A DNA stretch of 64,000 nucleotides from positions 62,001-126,000 of IMG/VR virus record IMGVR_UViG_3300018891_000001; one strand, written 5' to 3'. Numbering within the stretch: position 1 is the first letter of the stretch; every line of letters starts with the position of its first letter. Both the position numbers and the translations under genes were made by a program. Shown here piece after piece: positions 20,810-30,884 of this stretch. The notes under the pieces are model-generated. The model was not told the DNA's origin. It saw only the letters and a list, made by a program, of their open reading frames with translations, and did no database searches.

Positions 20810-21679
20810 ATGTTTTTAAAACGCAGTAAGCAGGAAATTTTACGAGATGCGGCTATCATACTTGCTCGAAATACGCCTATTACCAACTTTTCAGCAGGAA
20901 GTATTGCCCGCTCTATTGTAGAAGCAATAGCTTCAGAAATTGGAACTAGTGAGGATCCCAATCGTGTATCTTTATATGAATTTGCTCAGCAGGTATTGGA
21001 TCTCGGTTTTTTAAGTCGTGCGAAAAAGACAGAACTTGATTTAATCGGAGGATTATTTAGTTATCCACGACGCAAAGAACAGATCCGAAAAGAAGATGGA
21101 AGTCTAGTAGAAGAGCCCATTAGTGATGATATGTATCGCTATGAAATATCACAAGTGGTTCCATCTATGGCTACAGCAAATTATACCTCCCTGCGTTTGG
21201 CACTCCTTACGATACAAGGCATCAAAGATATTATTGGGAAAGAGTATAGTCATGGAACAGGTAGCTTTTCTTTTATTATTATCCCCCAATATGGATTTGA
21301 TGAAAAAGAGATAAGGGCGAAAGTACAAGAAGCGGTTGAAAAGGTTAAAGGTTTTGGGATTCGCCCTCATATTCTATTTCCGGTATCTGTGCCAGTAGAT
21401 ATTACGGTAAAACTTCTTTTTCATGAAACAACAAGTGAACCTCAAAAAGCACATATCCGTCTGGAAACCGAACAAAAATTAAAGTCTTATATTGGTCAAC
21501 ACGAAATGGGAAAAGGAATTATTTACAATGATTTAGTACAGGAAATCATGAATACTCATGAAAAAATTGTAGATTTTGAGATACTGAAATTTTACATGAA
21601 CAATGAGCCTGTACTCTTAACGAATCAGTCAATATTAGAAGATGAGCGTCTTACACCGCAGTATATTCAGGCTATTTAA
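20810..21679 (+). CDS. Baseplate J-like (gp6/XkdT-like) protein
   Basis: N-terminal ITNFSAGSIARSIVEAIASEI, then LDLIGGLFSYPR and SDDMYRYEI; follows the gp25-like gene. Confidence 0.75.
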   Translation: MFLKRSKQEILRDAAIILARNTPITNFSAGSIARSIVEAIASEIGTSEDPNRVSLYEFAQQVLDLGFLSRAKKTELDLIGGLFSYPRRKEQIRKEDGSLVEEPISDDMYRYEISQVVPSMATANYTSLRLALLTIQGIKDIIGKEYSHGTGSFSFIIIPQYGFDEKEIRAKVQEAVEKVKGFGIRPHILFPVSVPVDITVKLLFHETTSEPQKAHIRLETEQKLKSYIGQHEMGKGIIYNDLVQEIMNTHEKIVDFEILKFYMNNEPVLLTNQSILEDERLTPQYIQAI

Positions 21680-21697
21680 TGCAGAGCGAAAAAGACT

Positions 21698-21711
21698 TGT
21701 AATGCATGACA
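21698..21711 (+). promoter_or_regulatory. Copy of the recurrent palindromic motif (TGTAATGCATGACA), followed by an extended -10-like TGnTATTAT
   Basis: 13/14 match to TGTAATGCATTACA in the 21680-21803 intergenic gap. Confidence 0.55.
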
Positions 21712-21803
21712 TGTTATTATAAAGAAAGATGAACTGAGCGAAAAAAGGAGAAAGGGTCATATTATACTTCTTTGTATGACATAAATAAGGAGGAATCAGT
21801 AAT

Positions 21804-22382
21804 ATGGCCATTAACCGAATACGACTGAGTCAAATTAAGGCGCAAAGTCCGGATCTCAATCATTTTGAGGAGCAATTAAATGGACAAGGACAACCCTACT
21901 ATGAGAAAATCGTGGCTTCTGAAGGGCAGCAACGATTTACATTAGCGGTCCCATACCAAGCAGGAAATGGAGATTTATTGGTCTTTTTGAATGGACAGAA
22001 AGTGACAGCTACTTCAGATCCATCTCAAGCCGATGGGGAATATCGGGAAATCGATCCAACCACTATCGAATTTGTAAATCCTTTATTCCAAGATGATATT
22101 GTAGAGTTCTTTATGAGTGGAAAAGGCCAAGGGGTGGCTATGGTCGTAGACCACTTTCATGTGTATCGAGAAAAGCCAAGTGGAACGATTGATGGGATCA
22201 ATCGAGTCTTTTTTCTAGCACGCACTCCAAAGGTCAATTCGGAAATGGTGTTCCGAAATGGAATACTATTGAACATGGGAGTAGAAGAAGATTATGTCAT
22301 GGATGGCAATAAAATCATTTTTAATGAGGCTCCACCTATAGGTTCGAAAATTCTTGTTAATTATGATGTATCCTATGTCTAA
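21804..22382 (+). CDS. Virion protein with two tandem beta-rich repeats (F-x-L...V-x-x-NG)
   Basis: Two similar units (QRFTLAVP...LLVFLNGQ...EFVNPL...DIVEF and RVFFLARTP...EMVFRNGI...IFNEAP...KILVNY); strong RBS AAGGAGG. Confidence 0.6.
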   Translation: MAINRIRLSQIKAQSPDLNHFEEQLNGQGQPYYEKIVASEGQQRFTLAVPYQAGNGDLLVFLNGQKVTATSDPSQADGEYREIDPTTIEFVNPLFQDDIVEFFMSGKGQGVAMVVDHFHVYREKPSGTIDGINRVFFLARTPKVNSEMVFRNGILLNMGVEEDYVMDGNKIIFNEAPPIGSKILVNYDVSYV

Positions 22383-22397
22383 TAAGGAGGAATAGGC

Positions 22398-22976
22398 ATG
22401 TCAAATCCTACAAAAATCTTAATGTATGATTTAGAATCTTCTATTCGAAAACTTCTTGAAGATTTAAACACCTTTCAAGGAAGCTATTCGTCTTTATATG
22501 AGCGTTTAAACAAACTTGATGTCAGTGTGTTTGATGGAGATACCAAATCTGTAATCCAAGATTTGATTGATGCATATCGAAACGATAATAAAGGATTGAC
22601 TAGGGAACGGATAAACAGCTTGGAATCCCAATTAGCAAGTACCCAAGACGATGTGGTCATTCTTGAAAATAAATTAAACAGCACTGAGAAGCAGATCCTT
22701 TTAAGCTCCATTATCGAAACATCAAAGTACGAAGAATATCAATATGACTCTGGAGGCAATGTCATTCATCATCGTGTTTATGCAGACAATACCAAAGCCA
22801 AAAAGATATATGAAATCTCTTTCACGTATGATTCGCCAGAAAGTGGAGTATTGCAAAGTTCTCAAAAGAAAGTATACGAAGAAGATGGTGTTACCTTAAA
22901 ACAAACCGTAAATAAGGTATACAATTATGATTCTCAAACAGGGGATATTATCTCCATTGCAACTACAGTAGTGTAG
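22398..22976 (+). CDS. Hypothetical tail/fibre-region protein (coiled-coil N-terminus, Tyr/Asp-rich beta C-terminus)
   Basis: 192-aa ORF with RBS AAGGAGG. Confidence 0.65.
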   Translation: MSNPTKILMYDLESSIRKLLEDLNTFQGSYSSLYERLNKLDVSVFDGDTKSVIQDLIDAYRNDNKGLTRERINSLESQLASTQDDVVILENKLNSTEKQILLSSIIETSKYEEYQYDSGGNVIHHRVYADNTKAKKIYEISFTYDSPESGVLQSSQKKVYEEDGVTLKQTVNKVYNYDSQTGDIISIATTVV

Positions 22977-22994
22977 CGGGGGGAGGGGAGCTGT

Positions 22995-23714
22995 ATGGAT
23001 ATTGTTTCATTTTCTAAAGCCAGTAAAACACTCAAAAAGATTCAAGAACTTGATCAATCTGTAGTGTCTCCTTTAGCCGAAGACCGGTTTTCAACTGTCG
23101 ATGCACGGTTGGATTGGCTAGAGGGGCAAGCTAATAAGGCCATCACCGAAAATAGCAAACAGTTGGATTTAAGTCAAGGTGTATTTGATAATACCGAGTT
23201 TGTGAATGGAAAGTTGAAGTTGAAGGCAGTAAGACAAATAGAAACAATGGAGTCAAATGTGCAAATCCACTACTACCCTTCCGGCACTTATGAATCTCCG
23301 GTTATTGATTTAGGAGAGGAATGGAAAGAAACAAAATTAGTGGATATTATCAAGCAAATTAAAACAGGAACAACAGATTGTATTTTAGAAATATCCACTT
23401 CTTCAGATGGAGTCACATTTTCATCTTATTTGACACTCGATTTATCCTCTTTACCTCAAGGTCGATATATAAAAATACGTGCTACTTTATCGGCTCTAGT
23501 ACAACCGGGAGAAGTTAAAACCCTGCAATATAGTCAGTCTCCTGAAAATCACGTCACGTTAAATGAATTTACAGAAGCCAATGGGGATCTCAAATTAAAA
23601 AATCAATACACATATGCGATGAATATGGACGGAACACTGGGACAGGGAAATCAATTTAGTGTTTCCATTCCAAAAACATCTTTTAAATCGATTCAATCGA
23701 TAGAGGTGAAATAA
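22995..23714 (+). CDS. Fibre adapter-like protein, paralog family MD(I/V)xS
   Basis: Shares the N-terminus (MDIVSFSKA) and the NTExVNGK.../YxPSGxYESPVxDxGE motifs with the genes at 26033 and 29846. Confidence 0.6.
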   Translation: MDIVSFSKASKTLKKIQELDQSVVSPLAEDRFSTVDARLDWLEGQANKAITENSKQLDLSQGVFDNTEFVNGKLKLKAVRQIETMESNVQIHYYPSGTYESPVIDLGEEWKETKLVDIIKQIKTGTTDCILEISTSSDGVTFSSYLTLDLSSLPQGRYIKIRATLSALVQPGEVKTLQYSQSPENHVTLNEFTEANGDLKLKNQYTYAMNMDGTLGQGNQFSVSIPKTSFKSIQSIEVK

Positions 23715-23715
23715 C

Positions 23716-24639
23716 ATGCAGTCCACAATAAAATATTTAGTTGAAGATAATGGAGAAGTAAAGAAATTTAATGGAACCTCTTGGGTTTCAGTTGGTTCGA
23801 TGCCTGCCACGGAATCCATGTTCTTAACGGATGGCATGACTGATTTAAGTGTGATTGATAATGCTGCCATTCAAGCATTGGTGTCAGATACACCGAAACT
23901 ATTAATGTATCATGATAATCCATCTAAGACTTCAGCTTTGGCTACCTTAATAGCCGTACCACATGGACAGTTAATCCTTCAAGAAGGGGATATGGATGTA
24001 AGCGGAGGAGTGCAAAGTCTTTCTATTGCGGCAACCTCTACAGGTGTAAGTATGTTAAAAATAATCATTAGTACAGATAGCGGAGTGACATGGAAAACTT
24101 TTGACGGGAATGCATGGAGCGCCATTGTTCCAAATGCATCATCGGTAAAATCCAATGGCATGACACCATCTGTTATCAATGGTCTTACGAAAGACCAAAT
24201 TGATGTACTCTTAAATGGAAGTAACACTTTGCGATTTGCCTATTATTTAGAGCAAGATCAAATAGTCGATGTTGTAAATGTCGATTCTATTACGATTACA
24301 GCCAATCCTGTAGCAACAGAAACTCCATCCCTTGACAGTATTAAAATCACATATGACGAATTAACCATTGAAGGGCGCATGCAAGATCTAGAAAGAGTGA
24401 ATGCAATCAATATGCAAAAACTTCAATTTAAAGCAAATACCATTATGAAATCACATGCTTATAAACTTCATGATTTGGTAATAGACACATTTGAGGTAGA
24501 CAGTATGGAAACATTAGATTCGTCAATAAATGACACACAAATTAAAGACATGTCTACACCTGAGATACTGGGAAATGGATATATTTCAAAAGTAAGTCTA
24601 TCTGAGTTTAAGAGTATCAATGGAGTCACTCTTTCTTAG
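23716..24639 (+). CDS. Tail fibre-associated protein, paralogous to part of 28019-29833
   Basis: Shares WVSVG..PATE.MF..DGMTDLS.ID, IIIS.DSG.TWK and RFA(Y/F)YLEQ motifs with the 28019 product. Confidence 0.6.
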   Translation: MQSTIKYLVEDNGEVKKFNGTSWVSVGSMPATESMFLTDGMTDLSVIDNAAIQALVSDTPKLLMYHDNPSKTSALATLIAVPHGQLILQEGDMDVSGGVQSLSIAATSTGVSMLKIIISTDSGVTWKTFDGNAWSAIVPNASSVKSNGMTPSVINGLTKDQIDVLLNGSNTLRFAYYLEQDQIVDVVNVDSITITANPVATETPSLDSIKITYDELTIEGRMQDLERVNAINMQKLQFKANTIMKSHAYKLHDLVIDTFEVDSMETLDSSINDTQIKDMSTPEILGNGYISKVSLSEFKSINGVTLS

Positions 24640-24663
24640 TGACTCCTTCAAGGAGGGAAATAA

Positions 24664-25896
24664 ATGGGACAACCAATTAGAAATTTGCCAGTTGGATCAT
24701 GGGTAAAAGATACTGCTACTCTAATTAACGGGAAAATAGTTAAATGGAAAATTCTAGATCATAATCATTCTGGTTATCCAACCAATACCACTACTTTAAT
24801 GGGTGTTCCCGATCAAACTGATCCTGTCCTAGTGTCTCCACAACCATCTTGGAACAACAGTGCCAAAAGCACATTTCGTGATTTTTCTACTACTTATAAA
24901 GGGATGACCAAAACCATCGGTGAAATCCTGGATGAATTATACCAAGGATTCAGTCAAGGATTAAAAAATAAAATTGTGGATACGCCATTGGATATTGGTT
25001 ATTCAGGAAGCTATACAGGATCTAGTGCACGGACAAGAAAAGAAACTCATCGTATCTTTTTATTTGGTGCAAAAGAAATGAATCATGGAAGTTCTACTTA
25101 TTTAAATGGAGCCAATAGTCAAGTGTACTTTCCACAATTAAGTGCATTTAATAATTCTGGTATTAATATTTATATGAACATTGATTCTTCAATAAAAGTC
25201 ATGAGTCGTGATATCGCAATTAGTTCATCTGACTATTATACTATGTTTCCAGGATACCTAAATATTCAACAAGGATATAGCGCTAGTTCTACAATTCAAA
25301 TGCAGATTCTTCCAATGATTAATATATCATCTGATACAATGGTTAAAGACCAACAGGATGGTGATACTTATATTTTAGATCTTAGTCAACGTTTAGGTTT
25401 AATAGAAAAAGATGGAGAAATTCTTAAATGGGATGCAAGTATCTCTAATTGGGTGAGTGTGGGCAATAGTCCGGCAACAGAAGATATGTTTTTAAATCAT
25501 GGAATAGCTGATTTTTCTGTTATTCCAAAAGAAAAATGGAAGAAGCTAAATAATCAATTTGATATCCTTTGTTATAGTGATGTATCAGATTTGCAAAAAA
25601 TTATTATTAAAAAACCCAAAAGTGTGTATAATCCTACGGAGTTTTGTTATAAGGGATATGGTGTAATTGCAACAAAAACAGAAATCTTGCCAAAATCAAG
25701 AAGAAAATTGCTGATTAGTGCAGAGCATGCAAATTGTCTATTTGAATATTCCTTAGATGACGGTATAACATGGCATAGTTGCAATGTAGAAGAATTGATA
25801 GATGTTACAGCCATTTCTGGAAATCAATTAAAAATAAAAATTACTCTTCCTGATGTAACAGCAACTATTAGTTCATTATCATTTTCGTGGATATAA
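24664..25896 (+). CDS. Putative tail fibre / receptor-binding protein
   Basis: The N-terminus (IRNLPVGSWVKD...KWKILDHNHSGYP) resembles DUF6273-type prophage tail proteins. The C-terminal YSLDDGITW...SFSWI end is shared with neighbouring fibre genes. Confidence 0.5.
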   Translation: MGQPIRNLPVGSWVKDTATLINGKIVKWKILDHNHSGYPTNTTTLMGVPDQTDPVLVSPQPSWNNSAKSTFRDFSTTYKGMTKTIGEILDELYQGFSQGLKNKIVDTPLDIGYSGSYTGSSARTRKETHRIFLFGAKEMNHGSSTYLNGANSQVYFPQLSAFNNSGINIYMNIDSSIKVMSRDIAISSSDYYTMFPGYLNIQQGYSASSTIQMQILPMINISSDTMVKDQQDGDTYILDLSQRLGLIEKDGEILKWDASISNWVSVGNSPATEDMFLNHGIADFSVIPKEKWKKLNNQFDILCYSDVSDLQKIIIKKPKSVYNPTEFCYKGYGVIATKTEILPKSRRKLLISAEHANCLFEYSLDDGITWHSCNVEELIDVTAISGNQLKIKITLPDVTATISSLSFSWI

Positions 25897-26000
25897 ATAA
25901 CAGGAAATATGGGTATATAAATTGAGGTGAAGTTAAAAATTAAAGATTTTAACAGACAGAGAATAGTTTTCCTCTTATACTTCCCCTTATAATAAAATCA

Positions 26001-26014
26001 TGTAATGCTTTTCA
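26001..26014 (+). promoter_or_regulatory. Degenerate copy of the palindromic motif (TGTAATGCTTTTCA) 7 bp downstream of TATAAT
   Basis: 12/14 match; TATAAT at 25988-25993; RBS GAGGTG at 26021-26026 follows. Confidence 0.5.
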
Positions 26015-26032
26015 TGACAAGAGGTGAAATAC

Positions 26033-28015
26033 ATGGATGTTCTTTCGTTAGCAAAAGCCATGAAAGCAAAACGAAGCATTCAACAATTGCAACATCGATT
26101 AGGAATGAATGGAACCGAACAAGGAGAAGATGTGCGAGGCACTTATGCAAATGTCAAAAGCAGATTAGAAGAATTGGAAAAGAAAAATCCCAAAGTGACT
26201 TTGTATAATCGAGTCAGCGATTTGGAGCAGCATACAGTTATCAACTTAAACAAACACAATTTGCATATCAACTCGATTTTAAATCAATCCAAATTTAATT
26301 TAGCTGAATTGGCCTTTGATGATTTTGGTGACGATAGCGGCATTGATGCCTCAAAGTCAATCGGTCATGTATTTGATGCAGCCGGCCGCCGAGTAAAAAT
26401 TGCAAATGGACAAACGCAAGCAGAAATTGTCACTACTGCTGAAAATACAAATACGATCCCACAAATGATCACAGTTTCCCAATCCTTTAATGGACAGTTA
26501 ACATCAAACAAATTAGTGGATATGACTAATGGAACATTGATGAATACTGAAATCGTGAATGGGAAAATTCAACTAAAAACAATAGGCACTATAAAAGCAG
26601 GAATATATAAATCCAATGCCATACCAATTATGAATAGTAATATGAGTAAAGGAATTACAGTATCTGCTTCTTCTGAATATAGTGCAACTTATCAAGCCTG
26701 GAAAGCTTTTAATGGTACTACATTAGACAGCACTGATGCATGGATTACTGCCAATGGTCAAACAGTGGGATGGTTAAAACTTGATTTGGGTGCAGGAAAT
26801 GAAAAAGCGATTGCCAAATACACGATTACACCTAGAAATCATACGAGCTCACTAGATGCTTCTCCTAAAAACTGGACATTTGAAGCTTCTCATACAGGGG
26901 CTTTCGCTGGAGAGCAAATTATTTTGGATCAGCAAACCGATATCACGGGATGGTCAATAAACACTAAAAAAGAGTTTACTTTTACTAATACAATGCCTTA
27001 TCGTTATTATCGCATTCATATTACAGCAAACAATGGAAATGGATCTTATACAGCTATTGGTGAAATGGAATTAATGGAAGAAGATATTCAAAATCTCTAT
27101 GTGCCAAGTGGATCCTATGAATCTCCTGTATTAGATTTAGGAGAAAACTTCAAATCATTGAGAAAAATTGAGAAAAATGGATCTGTTTTAGTGGAATATG
27201 TAAGTCTAATTCCAGCCATGACATCCAACGATAACGGTAATATACAAATATCTGCTTCCACTCAATATAGTAGCACTTATGCACCATTTAAGGCTTTTGA
27301 TGGGATTATATCAGGAAGTGCAAATCGTTGGGTTACGGCTTACAACTATAGGACAGGATGGCTTCAAGTGCAATTTAAGTCAGGTGCGAAGGTTGTAAAA
27401 AAGTATTCGATTCGATGTATAGATGGTAGCAATATAGGTCAAGCACCTAAAGATTGGACCTTTGAGGGGTCACACGACAGAATAAATTGGACCATTTTAG
27501 ATCAACAAGCCAATCAAATCAATTGGTCGTCGGCTGAAAAAAGAGAATTTGAAATTAGCAATACAAATGCTTATCCATATTATCGCATCAATATTACTGC
27601 AAATAATGGAGAAACGGCCGTATCAATTACAGAAATGGAGTTGTTTGAGAAAATTGAATATGGAGATGTGAAAGTTTATACTGCCACGTCCTCTGATAAC
27701 CTCACGTTTTCTGACTGGCAATCTATTAATCCAGATGGAACGATTGCCTCTCCATCGGCTCGGTATATAAAAATAAAAGTGGAGCTAATCGGTGGTGCAG
27801 AAGTGCAAGAAAAAACAGTATATGATTTTACTTTAACGGATGCAGTTAATTTTGAGGCAAATAAGCAGATAGTGTTTGATGGTTCATTAAGACTGAAAGT
27901 AAACCATACTGAAAGCATGGATCTTGACCCCTCATTCTCAGAATCAGGAACATTATTAAGAAAAGTTATTAATAAGAATCAATTTAAAACAATCGAAAAG
28001 CTAGAGGTGAAATAA
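26033..28015 (+). CDS. Fibre adapter-like protein with two inserted discoidin (F5/8 type C-like) domains
   Basis: Two domains with SASSxYS...AxKAFxG...W...GWL...PKxWTFExS...YxYYRIxITANNG...IxEMEL (~26618-27082 and ~27203-27652). RBS GAGGTG favours ATG 26033. Confidence 0.75.
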   Translation: MDVLSLAKAMKAKRSIQQLQHRLGMNGTEQGEDVRGTYANVKSRLEELEKKNPKVTLYNRVSDLEQHTVINLNKHNLHINSILNQSKFNLAELAFDDFGDDSGIDASKSIGHVFDAAGRRVKIANGQTQAEIVTTAENTNTIPQMITVSQSFNGQLTSNKLVDMTNGTLMNTEIVNGKIQLKTIGTIKAGIYKSNAIPIMNSNMSKGITVSASSEYSATYQAWKAFNGTTLDSTDAWITANGQTVGWLKLDLGAGNEKAIAKYTITPRNHTSSLDASPKNWTFEASHTGAFAGEQIILDQQTDITGWSINTKKEFTFTNTMPYRYYRIHITANNGNGSYTAIGEMELMEEDIQNLYVPSGSYESPVLDLGENFKSLRKIEKNGSVLVEYVSLIPAMTSNDNGNIQISASTQYSSTYAPFKAFDGIISGSANRWVTAYNYRTGWLQVQFKSGAKVVKKYSIRCIDGSNIGQAPKDWTFEGSHDRINWTILDQQANQINWSSAEKREFEISNTNAYPYYRINITANNGETAVSITEMELFEKIEYGDVKVYTATSSDNLTFSDWQSINPDGTIASPSARYIKIKVELIGGAEVQEKTVYDFTLTDAVNFEANKQIVFDGSLRLKVNHTESMDLDPSFSESGTLLRKVINKNQFKTIEKLEVK

Positions 28016-28018
28016 GAA

Positions 28019-29833
28019 GTGCCTGTTGTTGTTTTGCATCCTAGTAAAGACACTTATATATTGAGTTACAATAGCAACAATAACTATGGAACTAATACAA
28101 CCCTACAGATAGGAGTCAACGGAACCTTATCAAACGCACAAGGGAACATCTTAATTCAATTTGATCTCAGTTCAATTCCTCAAGGAGCCATCATTATTAG
28201 TGCAGTTTTAGAATTGTATTGCTACTCAAGATATACTACTAATAACGATGCTATTATCTCTGCCCCTTTAAATACCATAAAAACAGATTGGAGTGAAACA
28301 GAAGTCAATTGGTCAACCAGGCCTTCTGTTAATAGTGAGAATATTGAACCTTACACGGGGCTATGGACAGTGAATGCATGGTGGAAATGGAATGTTACAG
28401 ACTTGATTAGAAAGTTTGTTTCAGGTACTCAAACGAATTATGGGTTTGAAGTTAGTCGAATATCTAGTGGAACTTATAAATATAGTGGAGCTCAGTTTTA
28501 TTCTTCAAACTATACAACCAATCCATCGCTACGTCCAAGACTTGTTGTTGAGTACTTAAACGAAAAGTATCTCTTCCAAGATGGAACAGATATAAAGAAG
28601 TATGTAAAAAAAATAAATGACACAGTTCCATTAATGTCTTCTGGAATAAATGGAAATATAGTTATTTCATGTTCAAGTGTTTACAATAGTAATTATGCAG
28701 ATTGGAAAATGTTTAATAAAACATTACAAGGTGCGTATGATGCATGGTTAACAGGAAGCGGGAAAACAGTGGGAGAATGGATTCAAGTGGATTTTGGCGA
28801 AGGAAATGAAAAGAAAATTACTAAGTATACATTAACCACAAGAAATCATTCATCTCCGAATCCAGCATATGGCTGGGTGATAGAAGCTAGTAATAATGCA
28901 TCATCATGGATTCAAATCGATTCACAAAATAATCAAAATACACCATCTTGGCCTGGAAATACAAAAAAAGAATATACTTGTGCTACACCTCCAACGGTTC
29001 CATATCGCTATTATAGATTACGAATCACAAATGCAGGTTCACAGAGCTACTGTGGCTTTGGTGAAATGGAATTATTGGAGGAGGAAAAAGGGTGGAGAGT
29101 TGTAGGAGCTGCTCCAGTAACCAAAACCATGTTTGATCAGGATGGCATGACTGATCTCTCCATTATAGACCACGTGGTAATTCAAGATTTAACTTCCGAT
29201 AATCCTGAAATATTATGCTGGACTGATGAAACAGGATCTTCTGTTGCTCGTACCATTCATTTAGTGGCTGTTCCAAAGCCTCAACTTCTCTTACCTGTAG
29301 AAGATTTAACTATAGGAGAAGTAGAGAGCATGAATCTCGCAACTACTTTATCCGAAGTAGGAGATATCAAGGTGATTATTAGCGGAGATAGTGGGGCAAC
29401 ATGGAAAGGGAAAAATGGAACAGTAGAAATATCTGATTTAACACAAGTAAAAACAAATGGATATACACCAAGTGAATTTAACACTCTAACTAAACAGGAA
29501 TTGACTTATTTGTTCCCAAACAGAAAAGCACGATTTGCTTTCTATTTAGAACAAACAGCATCAGCTGATGTTGTTACAATCAATAAACTGACTATTAATG
29601 AAAATGTTTATAAATTTACACCGGATTTGAATTCTTTAAAAGTCATCTATGATTTATTAAAAAATGAAAATCCTAAACTCTATGTCTCCCGAGATGATGG
29701 AATCACTTGGAAAGAAGTCCAACCAGATACTCTTACTCGATTGGATGATCTACCAGAGGGAACTAGGCTACGTGTTAAAGCCGTTCTTTCCAACGGACAA
29801 GAATTACACGGACTTTCGTATTCATGGATTTAA
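28019..29833 (+). CDS. Putative receptor-binding fibre protein: DNRLRE-like N-domain plus discoidin domain plus shared C-terminal module
   Basis: KDTYILSYNSNNNYG...LIQFDLSSIP...SAVLELY...RPRLVVEY is a DNRLRE-type pattern. Discoidin motif at ~28622-29082. C-terminal [10 protein letters not shown]...[12 protein letters not shown]. Confidence 0.72.
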   Translation: MPVVVLHPSKDTYILSYNSNNNYGTNTTLQIGVNGTLSNAQGNILIQFDLSSIPQGAIIISAVLELYCYSRYTTNNDAIISAPLNTIKTDWSETEVNWSTRPSVNSENIEPYTGLWTVNAWWKWNVTDLIRKFVSGTQTNYGFEVSRISSGTYKYSGAQFYSSNYTTNPSLRPRLVVEYLNEKYLFQDGTDIKKYVKKINDTVPLMSSGINGNIVISCSSVYNSNYADWKMFNKTLQGAYDAWLTGSGKTVGEWIQVDFGEGNEKKITKYTLTTRNHSSPNPAYGWVIEASNNASSWIQIDSQNNQNTPSWPGNTKKEYTCATPPTVPYRYYRLRITNAGSQSYCGFGEMELLEEEKGWRVVGAAPVTKTMFDQDGMTDLSIIDHVVIQDLTSDNPEILCWTDETGSSVARTIHLVAVPKPQLLLPVEDLTIGEVESMNLATTLSEVGDIKVIISGDSGATWKGKNGTVEISDLTQVKTNGYTPSEFNTLTKQELTYLFPNRKARFAFYLEQTASADVVTINKLTINENVYKFTPDLNSLKVIYDLLKNENPKLYVSRDDGITWKEVQPDTLTRLDDLPEGTRLRVKAVLSNGQELHGLSYSWI

Positions 29834-29845
29834 GGGGTGTGACAG

Positions 29846-30871
29846 ATGGATGTGGTATCCTATGCTAAATCAATTAAAGCAAAAAAACGTATTCAACAAT
29901 TGCAAAATCGGCTAGGAATGAATGGCACTGAACAAGGAAATGATGTGCGAGATGTATATGAGAGTGTAAAGCAACGCTTAGAGACTCTTGAACAAAAGAG
30001 TCCTAAGATGGCTTTATACAACCGTGTTTCAGAATTAGAAACAAATACTATTATTAACTTAAACAAACATAATTTGCATGTAAACTCTGTTCTAAATCAA
30101 AATAAATATCAATTCATGGAGTTAATGTTTGATGATTTTGCCGATGATAGCGGCATTGATGCTACGAAATCTATTTCTTATGTTTTTGATTCTGTAAATC
30201 GTCGAATTCAAATTGCCAATGGTCAAACCCAGGCGATTGTTGTAACAACTGCTGAAAATACAGTAAATATTCCACGCATGATTACGGTATCTCAAGTCTT
30301 TAATAAACAGGCAGTAGTGCAAAAACCTATTGATCTAAACAATGGAACACATGTTAATACTGAAATAATCAATGGGAAAATTCAATTGCAATTTCGTCAC
30401 ACAGAAGATCAATATGTTCCGTCAGGAATTTATGAAACTCCCGTCATTGATTTTGGAGAAAACACAAAACAAATTTTAAAGCTTCAAACTTCTATTTATA
30501 TCCCAACAGCATCAGCTAATCAAAACAAAGCGGAAGTATATATTTACACATCTACTTCTCCTGATAACCAAACTTTTTCTGATTGGCAATTACTGAATCC
30601 AGATGGAACCATCGCATCACCTGCAGGAAGATATCTTAGAATCAAAATTGAATTGAAAGCAGAAAGAGAACAAGAACTTAATCAAGTCAATACATCTGTA
30701 GAATACGATCCCTCCAAGGTCATTGTGGTCACTGATAACTATACTTTAAAGGATCAAGATCGACTATTAAAATTGGTATATAACATTCTTGATACCATGC
30801 CAATCGAATATGATGCTACTAAAATTCAAAAAGGTCTGGATTACTATGTATTGCAAGGTAATGTTCAATAA
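29846..30871 (+). CDS. Fibre adapter-like protein, paralog of 26033-28015 without the discoidin inserts
   Basis: The N-terminal ~165 aa are highly similar to the 26033 product (MDVVSYAKSIKAKKRIQQLQNRLGMNGTEQG... versus MDVLSLAKAMKAKRSIQQLQHRLGMNGTEQG...). Confidence 0.75.
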   Translation: MDVVSYAKSIKAKKRIQQLQNRLGMNGTEQGNDVRDVYESVKQRLETLEQKSPKMALYNRVSELETNTIINLNKHNLHVNSVLNQNKYQFMELMFDDFADDSGIDATKSISYVFDSVNRRIQIANGQTQAIVVTTAENTVNIPRMITVSQVFNKQAVVQKPIDLNNGTHVNTEIINGKIQLQFRHTEDQYVPSGIYETPVIDFGENTKQILKLQTSIYIPTASANQNKAEVYIYTSTSPDNQTFSDWQLLNPDGTIASPAGRYLRIKIELKAEREQELNQVNTSVEYDPSKVIVVTDNYTLKDQDRLLKLVYNILDTMPIEYDATKIQKGLDYYVLQGNVQ

Positions 30872-30884
30872 GGAGTGATGAAAA

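Noticed and set aside
21684-21745. Direct repeat GAGCGAAAAA (21684 and 21736) in an intergenic gap
   Set aside because: Short and A-rich, not noticed elsewhere in the window; could be chance.
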